Below, one piece after another: positions 9,940 through 21,269 of a DNA stretch of 64,000 bases. The position numbers were made by a program, and so were the translations under genes. The notes below the pieces were generated by a model. It saw only the letters and a list, made by a program, of their open reading frames with translations, did no database searches and was not told the DNA's origin. Within the stretch, counting starts at the first letter, position 1. Each line of letters begins with the position of its first letter. This stretch comes from Phycisphaerae bacterium (GTDB lineage: Bacteria > Planctomycetota > Phycisphaerae > WQYP01), in NCBI GenBank assembly GCA_035524355.1, contig DATKPA010000035.1:12425-76424 (forward strand), given 5' to 3'.

Positions 9940-10154
9940 GGCTACACCTTGAAGTTGTCGGATCGCGCTGCCTGACCGCTTTTCGCGTCGGCGCTGCGTA
10001 GTCCTTTTGTCTTGTCCGGGCCATGCGACTTACGTTTTTTTTCGTCGCGAGACAGGTCCGAATCTGCACATAAGTGTAACAGACCTGGCGCGCGAGTCAA
10101 AACAACACAACTTTTTCCCCAGCGATCTCTGCGACCTTTAGAGTGCGTAACCGA

Positions 10155-12470
10155 TTACCGCGTCTGCAGATGCGCCACCACCAGCCGAATCTGCTCGTAG
10201 GGCACCGTCTCATTCAACGCCAAAAAAATCGGCTTCAACCGCTCCCCCCCCACCTGCCGCATCACCTGATGCACCTGATCGTACGTCCCCTGCGGCACCC
10301 ATGCCCCGATCGACGCCGGACGCTCCGCCAGGATGAACTCCGCCAAATACTCGTTTGTCGTCGAGCGCGCCCGCCCAATCGCCTGCGACACCTCCTCCAC
10401 CGTCGCCCCCTGCCGGAACATCTGAAATGCCCGGGACTTCTCCGGGTTCACCCGCGTCCCGCCTGTGCCCCCCCCACCCATCGGCCGCACCGGCTCCGGC
10501 GCCTTCGGCGGCGCTGTCATCTGATCCGTCGTGAGCCCCTTCGCCTTGCAATGATCCGCAATGAACGGCACAAACCTGGACCCCAGGTCCTTCAGCTTGT
10601 TTTCCCCGATCCCGTACACCAGCCGGAAATTCTGCATCGTCGTCGGACGCATCCGGGCCATCTCCCGCAGCGTTGCATCCGAGAAAATCACGTACGGCGG
10701 CACCCCGCGTTCCCCCGCGATCTGCTTCCGCAACCCGCGCAATGCCTCGAACAGCTCGTGATCCACGCCCTGCCACGAAATCTCCTCGCCGCGCGTCTTG
10801 CGAGCCTCCGTCGCGGACTTCCGCACGATCTGCACCAGCCGCACGGGCTTCTGCCCCTTCATCACGGCCAGGGAATCGCGCGAGAACTTCACGATCGGCA
10901 CGCTGCGCCCGGACGAGAGCTGCAGATTTTCCTGCGTCAGCGCCCCCTGCCCGATCAACTGGTGGATGAAATCGCGCAGTTCCGTCTCCGAATGTCCGGA
11001 CAAGAGCCCGTACGTCGAAAGCTTGTCGTGCCCGAGTTGTCGGATACGGTCGGTGTTGGCCCCGCGCAGAATCGAGACAATATGCCCGACGCCGAAGCGC
11101 TGATCCGTCCGTGCGATGGCGGAGAGAATTTTCTGCGCAATCACCCCCGCTCCGTCCACGCTTGTCGTATCGCCGAGGCAATGATCGCACGCCCCGCATC
11201 CCGCGGCCGTTTCGCCTCCCGGCCACTCGTATTTCTGGCCGAAATATTCCACCAGTGCCTGATGCCGGCATGTCGCGCCGCGAGCGAACCGATCCATGTC
11301 GTCGATGTGCTTCAGCGCTGAAGGAATAAAATCCGCCGCCACGGGCGTTCCCGCGTTCTCCGCCTCCGCCGCCGATTTTTCGATCAGCATCCGCCAGGTC
11401 ATCGCATCCTGCCCCGAATGCAGCAGCACGCACTCCGCCTCCAGCCCGTCGCGCCCGGCACGCCCCGTCTCCTGCTGATATGCCTCGATCGACTTGGGCA
11501 TTCCTGTGTGCAGCACAAAGCGAATGTTCGACCGGTCGATGCCCATGCCGAACGCGATCGTCGCCACGATCAGGTCCGCCTCTTCCTCGATAAACGCCTC
11601 CTGCGCCTTCCGCCGCTGGTCCGGCGTCATGCCCGCGTGATACCCGATCGCCTTCCGCCCCAGGGATTGCGTTGCATTGAGCGTCGCCGTGATTTCGTCG
11701 ACATCCTTCCGCCGGAGGCAGTAAATAATCCCCGCCTCATTCTTGTGCCGGTCGAGCACCTCGCCGATCTGCGCGAACAAATCCCGCCGCGGCAGAATCC
11801 GATACGTCAGATTCGGCCGATCGAAATTACCCACCAACAGTTCCGAATCCACCAGGGCCAACTGTTCGGCAATATCGCTCCGCACCTGCTCCGTCGCCGT
11901 CGCCGTGAAGGCATGAATCGCGCACTCCGGGAACATCTGCTTCAGATTCGCCAGTTGCCGATACTCCGGCCGAAAATCGTGGCCCCAGTGGCTGATGCAG
12001 TGGGCCTCATCAATCGCAAAGGTCCGCACGCCCGCCTCGCGCAGCATGTTTCGCAACGACTCCCCCCCACCGATCAACCGCTCCGGCGACATGAACAGCA
12101 GATGCAGATTCCCCGCCCGCAAATCACTCCCGACCTGCCGCCGCTCGTCGGGACTCAGCGACGAATCCATCTGCGCCGCCGCCACCCCCAGCTCGCGCAA
12201 CGAATCCACCTGATCCTTCATCAACGCAATCAGCGGCGACACCACCACCGTCGGCCCGCCCCCATTCTGCGACAAATACAACGCCGGCGCCTGATAACAC
12301 AGCGACTTCCCCCCACCGGTCGGCAACACCACCACCGAATCCCGCCGCTCCAGCATCGCCCGCATCGCCGGCTCCTGCAGCGGCCGTAGCGTCCCATACC
12401 CCCACGTCTTCTGTATCAACTGAAGCAGAGAATCCAACGCTGGATCCTGCGCCTCCGCAGCGGTCGTCAT
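10155..12470 (-). CDS. recQ: ATP-dependent DNA helicase RecQ (with RQC, HRDC and C-terminal HTH)
   Basis: 'LPTGGGKSLCYQ', 'IDEAHCISHWGHDFRPEY', 'QETGRAGRDG', Zn-binding CGACDHC, HRDC 'LRGLRKQIAGERGVPPYVIFSD'. Start ATG 12470 with GGAG SD. Confidence 0.95.
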   Translation of the reverse strand: MTTAAEAQDPALDSLLQLIQKTWGYGTLRPLQEPAMRAMLERRDSVVVLPTGGGKSLCYQAPALYLSQNGGGPTVVVSPLIALMKDQVDSLRELGVAAAQMDSSLSPDERRQVGSDLRAGNLHLLFMSPERLIGGGESLRNMLREAGVRTFAIDEAHCISHWGHDFRPEYRQLANLKQMFPECAIHAFTATATEQVRSDIAEQLALVDSELLVGNFDRPNLTYRILPRRDLFAQIGEVLDRHKNEAGIIYCLRRKDVDEITATLNATQSLGRKAIGYHAGMTPDQRRKAQEAFIEEEADLIVATIAFGMGIDRSNIRFVLHTGMPKSIEAYQQETGRAGRDGLEAECVLLHSGQDAMTWRMLIEKSAAEAENAGTPVAADFIPSALKHIDDMDRFARGATCRHQALVEYFGQKYEWPGGETAAGCGACDHCLGDTTSVDGAGVIAQKILSAIARTDQRFGVGHIVSILRGANTDRIRQLGHDKLSTYGLLSGHSETELRDFIHQLIGQGALTQENLQLSSGRSVPIVKFSRDSLAVMKGQKPVRLVQIVRKSATEARKTRGEEISWQGVDHELFEALRGLRKQIAGERGVPPYVIFSDATLREMARMRPTTMQNFRLVYGIGENKLKDLGSRFVPFIADHCKAKGLTTDQMTAPPKAPEPVRPMGGGGTGGTRVNPEKSRAFQMFRQGATVEEVSQAIGRARSTTNEYLAEFILAERPASIGAWVPQGTYDQVHQVMRQVGGERLKPIFLALNETVPYEQIRLVVAHLQTR

Positions 12471-12578
12471 ATGGCTCTCCGGGTGCCCGAACGCCCCCAA
12501 CTCTATCCAAACCCCCGCATTTTTTCGATTCAAAATCCGGAAAACCCGATGAACCCCCACTCCTACTCCACCGACGCT

Positions 12579-12613
12579 CGCCGCCTCGGGCGGCGCGGGG
12601 CCAATGTGCTCTC
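12579..12613. repeat. REP-like hairpin, family A copy 1
   Basis: CGCCGCC-TCG-GGCGGCG-CGGGGCCAATGTGCTCTC; second copy at 14597-14630. Confidence 0.6.
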
Positions 12614-12710
12614 GACAAACAATTGTGCCCTCACCAACGCTTGCGACGTCGCGGCGATCGTCGCGCGCAGCCCCGCCCCCCCTCCCCCCCCCGACACGTT
12701 CCAAATCGTC

Positions 12711-12926
12711 TTACGACTTCGGATTCTTCGCCGCCTCAAACCCATCGCACCCGCTGATCGGCGTCACCTTCAAATGCAGCGATGCATGCCGCGGATGACC
12801 ACAGTCATCCACCAGCACCTCCGGCGCATTGCGCTTCACGCGAATCGACACCAGGTCCGGTTGATTCGCATGCTCTTCGCCGAAGTGAGCACACAATCCA
12901 CACTGACCTTCATGAAGTGCAACCAT
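12711..12926 (-). CDS. Small 4-Cys protein (HiPIP-like cysteine spacing)
   Basis: Strong SD AAGGAG. Sequence MVALHEGQCGLCAHF...DDCGHP...VTPISGCDGF. Confidence 0.7.
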   Translation of the reverse strand: MVALHEGQCGLCAHFGEEHANQPDLVSIRVKRNAPEVLVDDCGHPRHASLHLKVTPISGCDGFEAAKNPKS

Positions 12927-13151
12927 GGCTTTCTCCTTTGAATTCGCAATATTCCCCCCTTTCTCTATTGGTATTATTAGCCGTTGGATTGAGTGATTTC
13001 AGCCCTTTTCCCCGCAGATTTTGCAAATGAGAATCAGTCGCATCTGGGTTGCCAATAATTCCTTTACTTCACTCCTCAATTTCCGGGCCCGGTTCCATTA
13101 TGCTACCGGGCTCGTGGCGAGATGATGCCGTTACAACATGCTGGAGTTCTC

Positions 13152-14561
13152 ATGCCGTACCCATTCTTCCCTCATCCCCGCACCGCACTCGCAATTCTGC
13201 TTCTCGCCTCGCTCCGCTTTGCAATGCCCGTCCACGCCGCCGATCCCCTCCCGCCGATGGATGACCGCATTGTGGTCCTGCTCAGCATCGACGGCCTTGC
13301 CGCCTACTACATCGACGATCCCAAGTCCGATATCCCCAACCTCCGCGCTCTCATCGCCGATGGCGCTCGCGCCGCCAGCATGAAGGCCTCCACCCCCACC
13401 GTCACCTGGGTCAACCACGCCACCCTCGTCACCGGCGTCAATCCCGAAAAACACGGCGTCGTCGGCAACAACTACTACGACCGCGCCACCAACAAACGCA
13501 TCACTCTCATCTCCGATCCTGTCTACGACAAAGACCAGATCGTCAAAGTCCCCACCGTTTACGATCTCGCCAAAGCTGCCGGCCTTCGCACCGCCGGCAT
13601 CCGCTGGCCCGCCACACGCAACGCCAAAACCCTCGACTGGTGCATCCCCGACGTCGCCACCGACGCCATCCTCCACAAATACACCACCCCCGAACTCTTC
13701 AAGGAAGCCACCGCCGATCATATCTGGGCCGACGGCGAAGCGCAAGATAGAACCAGCGACACCCGCATCGTCTCCGACAAAATGTGCACCGACGTTTTCA
13801 ACATGGTCGTCCACAAGCACCGCCCCCAACTCGCCCTCCTGCACCTCATCAACGTCGACCACATCGAGCATCTCGACGGCCCACGCACCCCCGAAGCCTA
13901 CGCCGCCGTCAAAGCCGCCGATGCCCAGGTCGGGCTCGTCTGGCAGGAACTCGAAAAGGATTTCCCCGGCAAGGCCACCCTTGTCGTTGTCTCCGACCAC
14001 GGATTCTCCCCCAATGAACACCGCATCAACCCCTCCGACATTCTCGAGAAGGCCGGCCTGCTGGAAGTGAAAAACCTTCACGTCGTCGGCGGAAAAGTCC
14101 GTGCCGTCGTCCAGGGCGGCTCCGTCCTCCTCTACATCCTCGATGATGCCAACCATGCCGCCATCGCTCAGCAGGTCACCGACGCCTTCACTCCCGTCGA
14201 CGGCATTTCCAAAATCGTCCCCACCGACCACCTCAACGACTACGGCGTCGCCACCCCACAACAAGACCCCCACGCGCCCGACATGATCCTCTTCGCCAAA
14301 GAAGGCTACTACTTCGGTGATACCTCCAACGGCGCTATTCCCGAAAAGGTAAAACCCGAGCACAAAGGCAGTCACGGCCACGAAGCCGAAATCCCCGACC
14401 TCCACGCCGTCTTCATGGCCCGCGGCGTCGGCATCAAGCCCGGCGCACGCCTTCCCGAAATCTCCAATCTCGACGTCGCTCCCACCGTCGCAGCGCTCCT
14501 CAATGTCCCGATGCCCAACACCGATGGCAAATCCCTCCTCGACACCATCAACGCCCCCTAA
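13152..14561 (+). CDS. Alkaline phosphatase superfamily, nucleotide pyrophosphatase/phosphodiesterase (NPP) type
   Basis: Signal peptide; 'LLSIDG', 'PTVTWVNHATLVTG', 'DHIEH', 'SDHG', 'GSHG' metal/catalytic motifs. Start ATG 13152 follows GGAG. Confidence 0.9.
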   Translation: MPYPFFPHPRTALAILLLASLRFAMPVHAADPLPPMDDRIVVLLSIDGLAAYYIDDPKSDIPNLRALIADGARAASMKASTPTVTWVNHATLVTGVNPEKHGVVGNNYYDRATNKRITLISDPVYDKDQIVKVPTVYDLAKAAGLRTAGIRWPATRNAKTLDWCIPDVATDAILHKYTTPELFKEATADHIWADGEAQDRTSDTRIVSDKMCTDVFNMVVHKHRPQLALLHLINVDHIEHLDGPRTPEAYAAVKAADAQVGLVWQELEKDFPGKATLVVVSDHGFSPNEHRINPSDILEKAGLLEVKNLHVVGGKVRAVVQGGSVLLYILDDANHAAIAQQVTDAFTPVDGISKIVPTDHLNDYGVATPQQDPHAPDMILFAKEGYYFGDTSNGAIPEKVKPEHKGSHGHEAEIPDLHAVFMARGVGIKPGARLPEISNLDVAPTVAALLNVPMPNTDGKSLLDTINAP

Positions 14562-14596
14562 AGCATCTACTGAAATCACGCAGTTTCATCAAAGCC

Positions 14597-14630
14597 CGCC
14601 GTCTGCGACGGCGCGGGGCAATGTGCACTC
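14597..14630. repeat. REP-like hairpin, family A copy 2
   Basis: CGCCGTC-TGC-GACGGCG-CGGGGCAATGTGCACTC, between convergent genes. Confidence 0.6.
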
Positions 14631-14670
14631 AATCCCGCACCGCACTCGCCGCATCAAAACTGGAACTGTT

Positions 14671-16092
14671 CTATCCGATCTCCACCACTTCCTCCTTCGC
14701 CGGCACAATCCCCTTCTCGTCAATCACAAAGATCAATCCGATGAGAAATATCCCCATAAAGACGACAGCACTGCCAAAAGCCGCGATAAAGCCGAAGGAA
14801 TGCGCGATCATGGTGACAAGGATCGAACTGTATGCCCCCATCAGGTTAAGCACGCCGTTGTACACGCCGTAAACGAACGCGGAACTTCGGGGAGATGGGG
14901 CGAGGTCCACCGCATTTACGCCCCACGCGCCAACACTGGCATTCATGACCATCAGCGACAGACCGATGAGCACCACCGTCGGGACAACGAGCCGCAATTC
15001 CGAGGTCTTCAATGCCACGAGCATCATGATGATCATCATGCCCATCGGCACGCCCGCGCCGAGCTTGCGCCCCTTGGCATGGCCGAATTTCGCCACCAGT
15101 CCATCGTTGATCGGACCCGAGATGAGAAAACCAATGAAACCCGCAAGATAAGTAAGGCTCGTCCACGAGGCACTCTTCACGATGGAGAGATTGAACGTTT
15201 CGTACATGTACGTAGGAAGCCAATTGAGGAACGTGAAGAGGACGTAGCCGAACGTCAGAAAGGTGAGAAACACCCCGATGCCATTTCTCGTCAGCATCAC
15301 CCGCAGAGCCTGCTTCATTTCCGCACCGCTAAGTGGCTCCTGTTTTTTCTCTACTCGGGTCGCCGTCGCGCCGCTGACACCCTGGATGAAGCGCAACTCG
15401 CGCTCGTTGATCCAGGGATGCGACTGCGGCATGTCGCGCACCAGCGCGTACCAGATCGGAATCCACAGGATTCCCAGCGCGCCGAAAATGATGAAGGTCC
15501 ACTGCCACCCCAGCCAATAAACAATCCAACCCGAGATCCACACGCCGACCATCGAGCCGACGAATTGTCCGGAGCCGGCGAGTGTGAACGCGCGGGAGCG
15601 CTCGCTGGGCGCCGACCAGGTGCTCGTGGCCTTGGCATTGATCGGCCAGATCGGCGCTTCACCGGCCCCCATGAGACCGCGGATGAAGCACCACGATACC
15701 ATGCTGTAGGCCACGGCGGTCAGGATGGTGAAGATCGACCACCATCCGATGGCGAAGGAGGCCGCCTTGCGGATGCCGAGTTTGTCCGCGAACCAGCCGC
15801 CGGGAAAGTTGCATAGCGCGTAAGCCAGTCCCCAGATGAAAGAGATGCGGCCCATCTGGGTGATGTCGAAGTTGCATTGCTTTTCGATGAGCGGGACGGA
15901 GACGGTGAAGTTGGCGCGGTCCATGTAGTTGATCACGACCGCGATGAACATCATGAAGAAAACGAGGAATCGGATGCGGGTCCTGGGCCCGGATTCGAGC
16001 GAAGGTTCCGGCGGGGCGGACGACGGGCCGGAGGCGTTCGGATGGGACTGACACGGCAGGTCTGGCACGGTTTTAACTCCTGACTTTTCCAC
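14671..16092 (-). CDS. MFS transporter, anion:cation symporter (galactonate/hexuronate-like) family
   Basis: 'VINYMDRANF', 'GGWFADKLGIRK', 'RGLMGAGEAP', 12 hydrophobic segments. Start uncertain. Confidence 0.85.
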   Translation of the reverse strand: MEKSGVKTVPDLPCQSHPNASGPSSAPPEPSLESGPRTRIRFLVFFMMFIAVVINYMDRANFTVSVPLIEKQCNFDITQMGRISFIWGLAYALCNFPGGWFADKLGIRKAASFAIGWWSIFTILTAVAYSMVSWCFIRGLMGAGEAPIWPINAKATSTWSAPSERSRAFTLAGSGQFVGSMVGVWISGWIVYWLGWQWTFIIFGALGILWIPIWYALVRDMPQSHPWINERELRFIQGVSGATATRVEKKQEPLSGAEMKQALRVMLTRNGIGVFLTFLTFGYVLFTFLNWLPTYMYETFNLSIVKSASWTSLTYLAGFIGFLISGPINDGLVAKFGHAKGRKLGAGVPMGMMIIMMLVALKTSELRLVVPTVVLIGLSLMVMNASVGAWGVNAVDLAPSPRSSAFVYGVYNGVLNLMGAYSSILVTMIAHSFGFIAAFGSAVVFMGIFLIGLIFVIDEKGIVPAKEEVVEIG

Positions 16093-16196
16093 TGCGGGAG
16101 ATCGAGGTGGTGATTTCCGCAGCGTTTATACACAACCTGCGCCACGGAGCCCAGCCCGTTGCCGATCAACCCGAAAATCAAAGGTATTCACGAGGT

Positions 16197-16943
16197 TCAA
16201 TGAGAGGTGGCACGAATCTGCATCAACATCGGCTTGCGCGGATCCCCCTGCTCGATCGCGCGTTGCGACAGAACCACAAAACCCGCACGCCCAAGCTCCG
16301 CGATCACCTGCTCCGCAGTGAAGAGCCTGCGATACGGCGCGAACCACTCGCCGTCCGATTTGAAAGGCCTGTCGACGCCAGCCGGATCATTCACCTTGAT
16401 CGACAACACGCCCTGCTTATCAATGCGATAGTTGCCCTGAACGACCAGCCGCGGATGCGAAATCATCGTCTCGATCAGGAAAAGCCCGCCCGGCTTCAGC
16501 AATCGATGAATGGCCGCCAGCGCGCACTGGCGATGCTCGTCCCACACGAGACAGTGCAGGCAATGCCCATCCACGATCAGATCGTAACGCTCCGCCTGTT
16601 CCGGCATGTTGCAGATGTCCGCCGAATCAAACTGCACCTTCAATCCGCGCGCTGCCGCATTCTGCTGAGCCATCTCGAGCGCCGTCGGAGAGACATCGAT
16701 TCCCCGCACTGCCAATCCTCTGCCCGCCAGAAAGCACGCCACTGGTCCGCTGCCGCACCCGATCTCCAGCGCGGCAAGTCCTTCCAACGGCGTTGCGATC
16801 GCCGCCAGCGCATCCTCCAGGAATGGCCGCAGGACAAATTTGTCGAAGCTCGCGTCCGGATCCGATTGTTCGTCCCACGACGTCTTCCCCGCTGCTCGCA
16901 GCTTCTGGAAGGTTCGATCGTCGGCATGGTAAGAGCGGCTCAT
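16197..16943 (-). CDS. Class I SAM-dependent methyltransferase
   Basis: 'ALEIGCGSG', 'GIDVSPTAL', 'YDLIVDGHCLHCL', 'LLKPGG'. Start ATG 16943 (or 16946), probably leaderless. Confidence 0.85.
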   Translation of the reverse strand: MSRSYHADDRTFQKLRAAGKTSWDEQSDPDASFDKFVLRPFLEDALAAIATPLEGLAALEIGCGSGPVACFLAGRGLAVRGIDVSPTALEMAQQNAAARGLKVQFDSADICNMPEQAERYDLIVDGHCLHCLVWDEHRQCALAAIHRLLKPGGLFLIETMISHPRLVVQGNYRIDKQGVLSIKVNDPAGVDRPFKSDGEWFAPYRRLFTAEQVIAELGRAGFVVLSQRAIEQGDPRKPMLMQIRATSH

Positions 16944-17072
16944 CATCCGAATAGTACCGACAATTCGCGGGAAGGATGACACAATTCCCCACTGCCCCCG
17001 CCACATTCACGATCGCATTTGTGCGCGCACACGTGACTTCCCCCCCCCCCACATCCCGAATCATCACCCACC

Positions 17073-17139
17073 CAATCCCTACTATTCCTATCGGAGATAG
17101 GGGGAGACCGCCATTGAGACACACACCTTGGCGGTCTGG
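17073..17139 (-). repeat. 67-bp dispersed repeat, family B copy 1 (hairpin plus tail)
   Basis: Reverse complement matches 47031-47097 at 62/67 positions, ungapped (manual alignment). Confidence 0.85.
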
Positions 17140-17195
17140 TATTGGGGGGACGGACTTCTCCCTCATCCAATGTGAAACCTGAATTCTGAATCCCC

Positions 17196-18056
17196 CTACT
17201 TGCCCGCCTCCGTCGCCGCCGCCCCAATCCCGGCCTTCGCAAACGCCGCCGCCTGCCCCGCCTTCGCTGCCGCCGCCTCGCTCTTGTAATCAAACAGCGT
17301 GCCCACCCGCCCCGCCACCGTCGCCGACACCGCCCCCTTCTTCCCGAACAGATTCTCCATCAGCAGCTCATCTGATTCGCGCGGCGTCGTGCCATTCTTG
17401 ATGGCCCCCGCCAGCAGTTTCTCATCCCCCATGATCTTGTCCATCGCGGCCATCACCTGCTTCCCATCGACCTTGAGGGTGACCTGGTCCGAACCCGTCT
17501 TCTCAAAGATGCTCGTCGCCGTCACTTCGCCCGGCAGCTCAAACGTCATCTCCAACTTCAGGTTATTGAGCAGCAACTGCATCGCCGGCTGCTGCTGCTT
17601 GTAATTCGCCCGCGCCGTGGCAATCGCCTGCGCCACCTGTTCGTCGGTCATCTGTGGTGATGCAGGCTGGCTCGCGGCCTGTTCTTTCTGCATTTTGAAC
17701 GTATAAGTCCCATCCGCATTTTTATCCCACATCGTCTGGAAGGGCCTATCCAGCCGGAACTTCGAGACGTCGGCAAAATAAACAGTCGCCCGGATGTGGG
17801 CCCGCCCGTCCGCCGCCGCTTCGATGGTGAAATCGTTCCAAGCCGCCGCCCCCTGCGTGTGCTGGATCATCTGCTCTGCATAGGTCCGCCCAAAGGCGAC
17901 CACGTCGGGCCCGGGGGACGCCACCAGCACATCCACCACCGCCTTTCCGGACCCATCCGCGTTCAGGGTCCCCACTTCCTTGCGTTCCACGCACGAGGCG
18001 AGCGTCAGCAACCCCGCAGCGATTCCGATCATTGCAAGCAGGCGGCGAACGTTCAT
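17196..18056 (-). CDS. Hypothetical lipoprotein
   Basis: MNVRRLLAMIGIAAGLLTLASC lipobox; GAAGGGG SD. Confidence 0.7.
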   Translation of the reverse strand: MNVRRLLAMIGIAAGLLTLASCVERKEVGTLNADGSGKAVVDVLVASPGPDVVAFGRTYAEQMIQHTQGAAAWNDFTIEAAADGRAHIRATVYFADVSKFRLDRPFQTMWDKNADGTYTFKMQKEQAASQPASPQMTDEQVAQAIATARANYKQQQPAMQLLLNNLKLEMTFELPGEVTATSIFEKTGSDQVTLKVDGKQVMAAMDKIMGDEKLLAGAIKNGTTPRESDELLMENLFGKKGAVSATVAGRVGTLFDYKSEAAAAKAGQAAAFAKAGIGAAATEAGK

Positions 18057-18159
18057 GACACCCCTTCGCTCTCTCCGGAAAAAAACGCCCCGCGCTGTTG
18101 TGCGCGGGGCGGTGCGAATCGTTGCACGATTCCTGACGATCATATGCTGGAAAACTGCG

Positions 18160-20004
18160 TTAATCCTCAACAATCGTCTGCTTGACGACTTCTTCGATTG
18201 TCGTCAGGCCTTCGAAAATCGACATGAGACCGGATTGCCGCAGCGTGCGCATACCGCGTTTCTTGGCCGCGTCGCGCAGCAGATTGGTCGACGCGTGGGC
18301 CATGATCATGTCGCGGATTTCATCGTCGAAGATCATGATTTCGTAGATGCCCAGACGTCCCTTGTAGCCGGTGTTGTTGCAGAAATCGCAGCCGCGGCCG
18401 CGGTAGAACTGCTTACCCTTCACGTCTTCGGGCAGCAGTTCGAGTTCCATCAACTGCTCTTCGGTCGGATCATACGCTTCCTTGCACTTCACGCAGACGC
18501 GCCGCACGAGACGCTGGGCGATGACGCCTTCGACGGTCGCCGTGATAAGGAAGGGCTCGACGCCGAGGTCGAGCATACGCGCGACGGACGATGGCGCATC
18601 GTTCGTGTGCAGGGTCGAGAAGACCAGGTGGCCGGTCAAGGCCGCCTGAATCGAGATCACCGCAGTTTCTTTATCACGGATTTCGCCGACCAACACGATG
18701 TCCGGGTCCTGACGCAGAATGGACCGCAGACAGGACGCGAACGTGAGGTCGATTTCGGTCTTGATCTGCACCTGGATGATGCCGTCGATATCGTATTCGA
18801 CGGGGTCCTCGGTGGTGATCAGCTTGTCTTCGATGTTATTGAGTTCGTTGAGCGCCGCGTAGAGCGTGGTGGTTTTGCCGGAGCCGGTCGGGCCGGTCAC
18901 CAGCACGATGCCGTTGGGCTTGTTGATGAGCTGACGGAAGACGCGGAGATCGTCGTCGCGCATGCCGATCTTGTCGAGGTCGAGCTGGACGTTGGAGCGG
19001 TCGAGAATACGCATGACGACGGATTCGCCGAAGATCGTGGGCAGGACGGCGACGCGCAAATCGACCGACTTGCCCTGTACGACGAGCGGAATGCGGCCGT
19101 CCTGCGGCATGCGTCGTTCGGCGATGTCGAGGTTGGCCATGACCTTGATACGGGAGGTGATCGCCATCGCGATGTGCTTTGGCGGCGGGACCATTTCGTA
19201 GAGCACGCCGTCGATGCGGTAGCGCATCTTGAATTCGTCTTCGAACGGCTCAAAGTGGACGTCGGAAGCCTTGTCCTTGATCGCCTGCAGCAGCACCATG
19301 TTGAGGAGGCGCTTGACGGGATTCGATTCGGCCAGGTCTTTGAGGGTTTCGAGGTCGATCGATTCGCCGCGGGATTCGAGGGCCTTGACCGTGGCATCGC
19401 TGGTGATTTCGTTCATGAGGGTCATGAGCGATTCCTGCTTGGCGTCGTAATGCTTCGCCAGCAGCTTGTTGATCGCATCGGCGTCGGCCATGGCGGCGAC
19501 GACGTTCATGTTCAAGAAGGTGCGGAGGTCGTCGACCGCGCGGAAGTTTTCGGGCGAGGCGATGACGACCTTGAGGGTCCCCTGTCCGCGCGGATCAAAC
19601 TCCACGGGGACGAGCTTGTAGGAGGTCGCCATTTGGGCCGGCACTTTGTCGATGATGTCCTTCGGGATGTCACGATCGGTGAGGTCGTACATCTCGAGGC
19701 CCTGCTGCGCGGCGAGAGCGAGGTTCCGATCGCGGTCGGAAATCATGCCGAGGTCGACGAGGATCTGGCCGATGGGGGTGCTGGTCCCCTTCTTTTTCTG
19801 CTCCGCCTGGAGCGCGAGGGCCTGGTGCACCTGTTCGCGCGTGAGCCGGCCCATCTTGATGAGCACGCGGCCGAGGGGACGGCCCTTGAGCTGGTCGATC
19901 GGCGGCATCTTCATTCCACCGCCACCGCCGCCGCCACCGGAAGCGCCGCCTCCTGAACTACCTACGGGACGGGGCTGCGGGGATGTTTTCAAGGGCTCTG
20001 TCAT
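18160..20004 (-). CDS. pilB: GspE/PilB family type IV pilus / T2SS assembly ATPase with MshEN motifs
   Basis: GPTGSGKTT, 'RQDPDIVLVGEIRD', 'LTGHLVFSTLHTND', Zn-binding CVKC/CDFC, N-terminal 'RPLGRVLIKMG...QALALQ'. Confidence 0.93.
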   Translation of the reverse strand: MTEPLKTSPQPRPVGSSGGGASGGGGGGGGMKMPPIDQLKGRPLGRVLIKMGRLTREQVHQALALQAEQKKKGTSTPIGQILVDLGMISDRDRNLALAAQQGLEMYDLTDRDIPKDIIDKVPAQMATSYKLVPVEFDPRGQGTLKVVIASPENFRAVDDLRTFLNMNVVAAMADADAINKLLAKHYDAKQESLMTLMNEITSDATVKALESRGESIDLETLKDLAESNPVKRLLNMVLLQAIKDKASDVHFEPFEDEFKMRYRIDGVLYEMVPPPKHIAMAITSRIKVMANLDIAERRMPQDGRIPLVVQGKSVDLRVAVLPTIFGESVVMRILDRSNVQLDLDKIGMRDDDLRVFRQLINKPNGIVLVTGPTGSGKTTTLYAALNELNNIEDKLITTEDPVEYDIDGIIQVQIKTEIDLTFASCLRSILRQDPDIVLVGEIRDKETAVISIQAALTGHLVFSTLHTNDAPSSVARMLDLGVEPFLITATVEGVIAQRLVRRVCVKCKEAYDPTEEQLMELELLPEDVKGKQFYRGRGCDFCNNTGYKGRLGIYEIMIFDDEIRDMIMAHASTNLLRDAAKKRGMRTLRQSGLMSIFEGLTTIEEVVKQTIVED

Positions 20005-20063
20005 GGTTCACCGATCGCTGGTTCTCTTGAGTTCTCTGGTTCGTCTCTTTACGACAATGGAAA

Positions 20064-21209
<1,146 letters not shown>

Positions 21210-21269
21210 TCTTGTTTGCTTCCGCTTTAGGGTTAGTGCTTATCGTGATCCACATACCGCGGTCGGGCG

